A DNA stretch of 29,399 nucleotides from Thermoplasmata archaeon. Its GTDB lineage: Archaea; Thermoplasmatota; Thermoplasmata; Lutacidiplasmatales; UBA184. The number at the start of each line of letters is the position of its first letter. Within the stretch, counting starts at the first letter, position 1. The translations under genes and the position numbers were made by a program. The notes under the pieces are model-generated. The model was not told the origin of the DNA. It worked only from the letters and a program-made list of their open reading frames with translations, and searched no databases. Positions 23,792-29,399 of this stretch are shown here, in pieces. The DNA is taken from positions 1 through 29,399 of the forward strand of contig JASHWL010000104.1 in the NCBI GenBank assembly GCA_030044105.1. The letters are read 5' to 3'.

Positions 23792-25098
23792 GCGAGGAGC
23801 ACCAGGACCAGGACGGAGGAAGCGGTGACGGCTCGGGTACCGAACTCGTCGAGACGGGCTGCCGACCACCCGGCCCGGAACCGGGCGGCCACGGAGGCCG
23901 CGAAGTCCCGGAAGAGGAGCCCGCCGTCGAGCGGGACGAGCGGGAGCGCGTTCGAGAGGCCGAGCAGGAGGTTCATCCAAGCCAGCCAGTACAGCACGTT
24001 CGCGAGCACCCAGAACGCCCCCGATCCGGCGCCGGCGAGGGGGCCGGTCAGGTGGAAGAACTGGACCGTGGAGCCTCCCACGGGCTCCAGCGAGGCGAGC
24101 GGGAGCACCAGCCAGTAGATCGACCCGTCGACCGGACCGTAGGAGCTCGACCACGGCGCGACGAGCACGGTCTTGAGGTCGGCCGGCGTGAGGAAGGAGA
24201 CGCCGACCCCGAGGAACCCGCGCCCGGCGACCGTGGGGCTCGGGGCCAGGGTCACGTTCACCGTGACCAGGTGACCGGCCGTCGAGGTGTAGTAGACGAC
24301 CGTGACCCGTTCGCCCGGGGTCGTGTGCTCGAGGGACGACTCGAACGCGTCGACCGTGGTGGTCGCGGTGCCGTTGATCGAGGTGATGATGTCGCCCGGC
24401 GCGATCGTCGCGTTCGCCGCCGGCGTGCCCGACTCCACCAGCGTGACCCCGACCCCGTTCGCGTTCGGGGCGACCGACCCGCTGACCATCAACGAGAGGC
24501 CGACGAAGAACGCGACCGCGAGGAAGAAGTTCGCCAGGACCCCGGCGGCCGCGACGCGGTCCCGCTTGCGGCGCGGGGCGGCGTTCATCTCGGCGTCGTC
24601 CTGCTCGACGAAGGCCCCGACCGGGACGACGCACCAGAGGACCCCGATCGTCTTCACGCCGATCCCCTGGGAGCGGGCGACGACCCCGTGCGCGAGCTCG
24701 TGCAGCACCACGCCGACCACGAGCGCCAGGATGCCGTAGCCGACCGGGATGATCGGGTTGATCCCGGGGAGCCCGAGGGCCTCCGTGACCGGGGGCGCGT
24801 TGGACGCGTTCAGCCGGAGCGCGAGCACCGCGTCGAAGGCGAGCAGGAGCACGATGGAGGCCATCGCGATCGCGGCCAGCGCGACGCCGAGGTCGGACAC
24901 CGCGGTCCAGAACCGGCGGAAGCGCGCCCATCGGTCGATCGCGGCCCGTCCGCGCTTGGTCTTGATCATGAGCGCGGGCCCGAGCAGGGTGAGCGCGTGG
25001 TCCGGACCGATGTGGCCGGTTCGGTAGAGGGCATAGACGATCGCGCCGTAGATCGCGATCACGAGGACGGCGATCTCGTAGCCGAGGTACGGGTCCAA
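23761..25098 (-). CDS. Site-2 protease (M50 intramembrane metalloprotease) with PDZ domain
   Basis: HELAH zinc motif, GAFVE, AAAGVLAN, PDZ-like insert (PA....I.PGD.I.SING), NALPLVPLDGG. Start placed at TTG 25098 because the tracked upstream extension overlaps the S53 gene. Confidence 0.9.
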   Translation of the reverse strand: MDPYLGYEIAVLVIAIYGAIVYALYRTGHIGPDHALTLLGPALMIKTKRGRAAIDRWARFRRFWTAVSDLGVALAAIAMASIVLLLAFDAVLALRLNASNAPPVTEALGLPGINPIIPVGYGILALVVGVVLHELAHGVVARSQGIGVKTIGVLWCVVPVGAFVEQDDAEMNAAPRRKRDRVAAAGVLANFFLAVAFFVGLSLMVSGSVAPNANGVGVTLVESGTPAANATIAPGDIITSINGTATTTVDAFESSLEHTTPGERVTVVYYTSTAGHLVTVNVTLAPSPTVAGRGFLGVGVSFLTPADLKTVLVAPWSSSYGPVDGSIYWLVLPLASLEPVGGSTVQFFHLTGPLAGAGSGAFWVLANVLYWLAWMNLLLGLSNALPLVPLDGGLLFRDFAASVAARFRAGWSAARLDEFGTRAVTASSVLVLVLLAWQFIVPRLL

Positions 25099-25201
25099 GT
25101 ACGCCCCGACCGTCGGACGCCGCGGCTGCGTAATAGACTCTACGGGCGCGCGGCGCGGGGCGCAACGATAAGCCCACCGACCGGCACTACCGGCGCCACC
25201 G

Positions 25202-28200
25202 ATGGGCCCGCGCGTGGTTCTTGTGGTAGGACTGATCGCGGCGCTGCTCCTCGCGGGCCTGCTGGCGGCGGTGGGCCCGGTGATCCGGACCGGTGGCCCG
25301 AGCCCCGCCGGGGCGCCGGGGGACTCCGGCGCCGGTACCGCTCCCGTGTCCACCGGCGTGACGACCATCGCGCCGGGCTACTCGCCCTCGAACGGCGTCC
25401 ACGAGGCGGGCCCGGTGAACGATACGACCTCCCTCTCGGTCGCGGTCGGTCTCGAACCGCGGGACGAGTCGGGCCTGGCGGACTACCTCGTCGATCTCTA
25501 CACGCCCGGCTCGAGCGTCTACCGACAGTTCCTCTCCCCCCAGGTCCTGGCGTCCCGGTACGGAGCCACGCCCGCGGACCTCTCGGCGGCGCTGGCCTAC
25601 TTCCGGGGGTTCGGGCTCTCGGCGGTCGCGAGCCCGGACGGTCTGATGGTCGAGGTCTCGGGTCCGGCGCCCCGCGTGGGAGCGGCCTTCGACACGAGCT
25701 TCGAGCAGTTCGTCGCTCCCGGAGGTCGCACGTTCGTGAGCCACCTGGGGGCCGCGCAGCTCCCGGCCGATCTGCCCTGGACCGGAGCGCTGGGGCTCGG
25801 CAACGCGACGGTCCTCGAGCCCGCGGCGGTCGCCTCGCTCGGCGCGTCGACGGCGGTGGCCGGGCCGGCGGCCAGCGGATGCTCCGGCGGCTCCCCGTAC
25901 TCGCCGTGCCAGATCTGGACGGGCTACGACCTCGCCGATGACCTCGCGAACGGCACGAACGGAACGGGGGTCACGATCGGGGTCGTGGACACCTACGACG
26001 CCGCCGAGAGCCAGGCCGACCTCGAGCGGGATCTCGCCGACTTCGACAGCGGCTTCGACCTCCCCACGCCCACCGTGCACTACCTCTACCCGGTCCCGAC
26101 GACGGTCGACCTGAACGCCACGGACACGGACTGGGGGCTCGAGGAGGCGCTCGATCTGGAATGGACGCACGCGACGGCGCCGGGCGCCACGATCGACATG
26201 ACGTTCGCCCCGAACTCGGGCGTCGGGCTCTACGAGGCCGTCGATTACCTGGTCGCGAACGATCTCGTCAACGTGCTCTCGCTGAGCTGGGGCGAGCCGG
26301 ACGTGGGGATCTACAACGCCTACGAAGCACCCTGCTCGGCCGCCTGCAACGCGAGCACCGACGGCTCCTACGCGATCCTGAGTCCCGTCCTCGAGTTCGC
26401 GGCGGCGGAGGGGATCAGCGTCTTCGCGGCGACCGGCGACTGCGGCGCTTCCGACGGGACCAGCGGCGTGGCGACCAACTATCCGGCCTCCGACCCGTAC
26501 GTCACCGGCGTCGGCGGGACCGACCTCGACCTCGCGTCCGACGGCGCCTACGAGAGCGAGACCGCCTGGTCGGGGAACTCCTCGGGCGCCTCCTATCCCG
26601 GCTGCGACAATCAGGGCGGTTCGGGCGGGGGGTACTCGCCGTTCCCCCGACCGTACTGGCAGACCGGCCCCGGCCTGACGGCCGGTACGACCCGCGCCGA
26701 TCCCGACGTGTCCGCCGTCTCGGAGCCGGGGGTCGACATCGTTCAGGGCGGAACCGCGGGGGCCGCGGCGGGGACGAGCGTGGCGACCCCGATCTGGGCC
26801 GGGATCGCGGCGGTCGCCGACGACGTGCACGGGGCCCCGCTCGGCTTCCTCGATCCGTCGCTCTACGCGATCCTCGACAGCGCCCGCTACACGGACGACT
26901 TCCACGAGATCACGAGCGGGTCCAACGGGTACGCCGCCGGCCCGGGCTGGAACCCGGTGACCGGCATCGGCTCCCCCATCGCCGGGGCGCTGATCGCCGA
27001 CCTCGCCGGGACGCCCGTCGCGCGTTCCACGCTCGCGGTCTCGCTCAACGCGACGGTCACCTACGGGCCGGCCCCGCTCTCGGTCACGTTCTTCGCGAAC
27101 GCGACCGGCGGCACCGGCACCTATCCCATCACCGGGGTGTACTTCGGGGACGGCACGTCGGGCGACGTCCCCGCGGCCGGCGTGGCCCACGTCTACGACG
27201 CCCCGGGCGTCTACGCGGCCGAGGCCTACGTGTGGGACAGCGGCGCCAACGTCTCGGACTCGATCCCGATCGCGATCGTGGTGGGCTCGGGGAGCACGCT
27301 GTCCGTCGGGCTCGTCGCCTCCACGACCGCGCCGGCCGTCGGCGCGACCGTGACGCTGACGGCGGAGGTCTCCGGCGGAACGGCCCCGTACACCTACGAC
27401 TTCTCGTTCGGCGACGGGACGTTCGTGAACGGCTCCTCGAGCCCCGTGGTCGATCACGCCTTCGCGGTCGCGGGCGGCTACTGCGCGGTCGTGATCGCGG
27501 TCGACTCGGCGGAGCCTCCCGACGGAGGGGAGAGCGTGCCCGTGGCGATCTCCGCGGGCGGGGCCCCGGCCCCCGACTGCGCGGTCGACCGGGGCGCCTT
27601 CGCCCTGAGCGCGGCGTCGGACGTCCCCGAGCGCGACGCGCCCGCCGACTTTCCCGACCTGTTCCAGCTCACGGGGGGCCTCGGGACCTACTCCATGACC
27701 CTGGTCTCGACCGACCCGTACATCCGGGCGTGCGGCTGCGCGATCTTCCGGGCCGCCGGGACCTATCCCGTCACGATGTTCGTCAACGGCACCGGGACGG
27801 GCCCGTTGGAGGCCTCGACGTCGGTCACCGTGGCGCCCCGCCTCTCCGCGATCTTCTCCGTTCCCACGGTCTACGGTCCTGCCCCGCTGACGGTCGAAGC
27901 GGACGCTACCGTCTCGGGTGGCCTGGGGGCGAACGCGACCCAGTGGACCGACGGCGACGGGCACACGTACTCGGGCGACTCCGTGAGCGTCACCTACGCG
28001 GACCCGGGGCTCTACTGGCTGACGGGCCAGGTCTCGGATCAGGGACAGGGGAACGCGAGCGAGGCGTTCCTAATCGACGTCCGCACCACCGGGGTCTGGG
28101 TGACCGCGACGATCGGCCCGGTCGTCTCGGTGCCGAGCGCCACCACGATCAACTTCACCACGAGCACGAGTCCGTTAGTGCCCGCGCAGGGCGGGGCGTT

Positions 28201-29044
28201 CTCGGACCACTGGACGCTCGCCGCGGGCGGCTCCTCGTTCCAGGCGGACTTCTCGAGGACGTTCTATGCGCCCGCGACCGATCCCGCCGACGGGCGCCTG
28301 AACGGGACGCTCCAGATCGAGTACGCGCCCGATGGCATCAACGTGAGCGAGCCGTTCGACTTCGCGTCGCTGTTCGCCGTGGAGATGGGGGGGTTCGCGC
28401 CGGCGGCGGACGCGCTCGTCCTGACCGACTCGCCCGGTCCGGCCCGCGGGGCGCCCCCGCTCGTGTGGACCGCGTCCGCTGCTGCGAACGGACCGGGAAC
28501 GACCGGGATCGCCTGGGACTTCGGCAACGGCGTGAACGCGACCGGGACCTCGGTGACCACGACCTACGCCTCGCTGGGCCTCTACACCGCGACCGTCGAG
28601 GCGAACGACTCCTTCGGCGACGCCGCGTGGGACGCGCACGGGGTCAGCGTCGGGATCGCGCCGTTCGCGCTCGCCTCGGGAGCGTCCGCCCTCAACGGGA
28701 CCGCCCCGTTCACCGTGGCCTTCTCGGCGGCAGCCTCCGGAGGGTATCCGCCGTACACCTACGCGTGGAGCTTCGGGGACGGGACGGACTCCGACGTCGG
28801 GAACGTGAGCCACACCTACGCGAGCGCGGGCTCCTACGTCGCCACGATCCGGATCACGGACGCGGTCGGCGAGGAGCTGCAGCGGACCTTCACGCTCAAC
28901 GTCAGCGCCGCGCCGGCCCCGCCTCCCCGGTCGCCCGCGGCGTTCTTGCCGCTCGCCGAGGTGGCCCTGTTGGGAGGCGCGATCGCGGCCGTCGCCGCGG
29001 CCGTGATCTCGATCCCGCGGCGCCGCGCCCCGCCTAGCCCTTGA
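25202..29044 (+). CDS. Membrane-anchored S53 (sedolisin/kumamolisin) serine protease with prodomain and multiple PKD domains
   Basis: Signal peptide, prodomain (Y.QFLS......YG), catalytic EEALD, oxyanion ATGD, nucleophile GTSVATP, Ca-site-like GW.PVTG.GSP, several W/F-x-FGDG PKD repeats, C-terminal TM followed by RRR. Confidence 0.92.
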   Translation: MGPRVVLVVGLIAALLLAGLLAAVGPVIRTGGPSPAGAPGDSGAGTAPVSTGVTTIAPGYSPSNGVHEAGPVNDTTSLSVAVGLEPRDESGLADYLVDLYTPGSSVYRQFLSPQVLASRYGATPADLSAALAYFRGFGLSAVASPDGLMVEVSGPAPRVGAAFDTSFEQFVAPGGRTFVSHLGAAQLPADLPWTGALGLGNATVLEPAAVASLGASTAVAGPAASGCSGGSPYSPCQIWTGYDLADDLANGTNGTGVTIGVVDTYDAAESQADLERDLADFDSGFDLPTPTVHYLYPVPTTVDLNATDTDWGLEEALDLEWTHATAPGATIDMTFAPNSGVGLYEAVDYLVANDLVNVLSLSWGEPDVGIYNAYEAPCSAACNASTDGSYAILSPVLEFAAAEGISVFAATGDCGASDGTSGVATNYPASDPYVTGVGGTDLDLASDGAYESETAWSGNSSGASYPGCDNQGGSGGGYSPFPRPYWQTGPGLTAGTTRADPDVSAVSEPGVDIVQGGTAGAAAGTSVATPIWAGIAAVADDVHGAPLGFLDPSLYAILDSARYTDDFHEITSGSNGYAAGPGWNPVTGIGSPIAGALIADLAGTPVARSTLAVSLNATVTYGPAPLSVTFFANATGGTGTYPITGVYFGDGTSGDVPAAGVAHVYDAPGVYAAEAYVWDSGANVSDSIPIAIVVGSGSTLSVGLVASTTAPAVGATVTLTAEVSGGTAPYTYDFSFGDGTFVNGSSSPVVDHAFAVAGGYCAVVIAVDSAEPPDGGESVPVAISAGGAPAPDCAVDRGAFALSAASDVPERDAPADFPDLFQLTGGLGTYSMTLVSTDPYIRACGCAIFRAAGTYPVTMFVNGTGTGPLEASTSVTVAPRLSAIFSVPTVYGPAPLTVEADATVSGGLGANATQWTDGDGHTYSGDSVSVTYADPGLYWLTGQVSDQGQGNASEAFLIDVRTTGVWVTATIGPVVSVPSATTINFTTSTSPLVPAQGGAFSDHWTLAAGGSSFQADFSRTFYAPATDPADGRLNGTLQIEYAPDGINVSEPFDFASLFAVEMGGFAPAADALVLTDSPGPARGAPPLVWTASAAANGPGTTGIAWDFGNGVNATGTSVTTTYASLGLYTATVEANDSFGDAAWDAHGVSVGIAPFALASGASALNGTAPFTVAFSAAASGGYPPYTYAWSFGDGTDSDVGNVSHTYASAGSYVATIRITDAVGEELQRTFTLNVSAAPAPPPRSPAAFLPLAEVALLGGAIAAVAAAVISIPRRRAPPSP

Positions 29045-29399
29045 CAACGCCGAGCGGCACGAGCCGCGCGACGCGGCGGGTGAGCCCCGCCCCCTCGGCG
29101 ACGCGGACGACCTCCTCGACGTCCTTGTACGCGCCGGGGGCCTCCTGGGTGACGCCCTCGCGGGAGCTCGAACGCACGACGATGCCCCGGCCCGCGAGCC
29201 CCCGCGTCACCTCGTCGTAGCGGAACGCGCGCTCGGCCGCGTGGCGCGACAGGCGGCGACCGGCGCCGTGGCACGACGAGCCGAACGACCGGGTCATCGA
29301 GGTCGGCAGCCCGGCGAGCACGTAGCTCGCCGTGCCCATGTCGCCCGGGATCAGGACCGGCTGACCGAACCGGCGGTACGGGGCCGGGACCTCCTCCCG
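29034..29399 (-). CDS. rtcB: RNA-splicing ligase RtcB, C-terminal part (partial)
   Basis: GQPVLIPGDMGTASY, SCHGAGR..SR, EAP.AYKDV..VV, P.GVVKG. The open frame continues to the window edge. Confidence 0.95.
   Translation of the reverse strand, partial: REEVPAPYRRFGQPVLIPGDMGTASYVLAGLPTSMTRSFGSSCHGAGRRLSRHAAERAFRYDEVTRGLAGRGIVVRSSSREGVTQEAPGAYKDVEEVVRVAEGAGLTRRVARLVPLGVVKG

Noticed and set aside
23792-25177. Apparent 855-aa PriL fusion
   Set aside because: The upstream part is an alternate frame of the site-2 protease gene with low-complexity translation.
29034-29044. 11-nt convergent overlap of S53 protease and rtcB
   Set aside because: Short tail-to-tail overlaps are ordinary in compact genomes.
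1-29399. CRISPR arrays, insertion sequences, integrases, rRNA, inteins, selenocysteine or pyrrolysine read-through
   Set aside because: No regularly spaced repeats, terminal inverted repeats, recombinase or intein motifs, or interrupted reading frames were seen.

Overview
A gene-dense, very GC-rich archaeal chromosomal window. It contains archaeal SRP54, Pth2, ATP-dependent DNA ligase, exosome Csl4, PriL, RtcB and an intron-containing tRNA. The gene set and Cys/Thr-rich secreted proteins suggest an acid-adapted member of Thermoplasmatota (inference, no database search). Order: partial GltD/SudA-like oxidoreductase (-), srp54, DUF1616-like protein, pth2, then an unusual Opp/Dpp-type ABC importer (two tandem DppB paralogues each with its own TATA box, DppC, DppD and DppF with large insertions, a small membrane protein, and a convergent ~1050-aa binding protein with a pilin-type signal peptide and PKD-like domain). 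These are followed by rpe, lig, a PRC-barrel protein, tRNA-Leu(UAA) with an intron, a METTL5-like methylase, csl4, an SHMT paralogue lacking the folate-binding motifs, a repeat-built surface glycoprotein (-), an AK6-type kinase, a CDP-alcohol phosphatidyltransferase, priL (-), a site-2 protease (-), an S53 protease with PKD domains, and partial rtcB (-). No CRISPR array, transposase or integrase was seen. The best candidates for new biology are the two-permease peptide-type importer, the folate-independent SHMT paralogue, the mosaic surface glycoprotein and a possible rare-TTA-codon control by tRNA-Leu(UAA).
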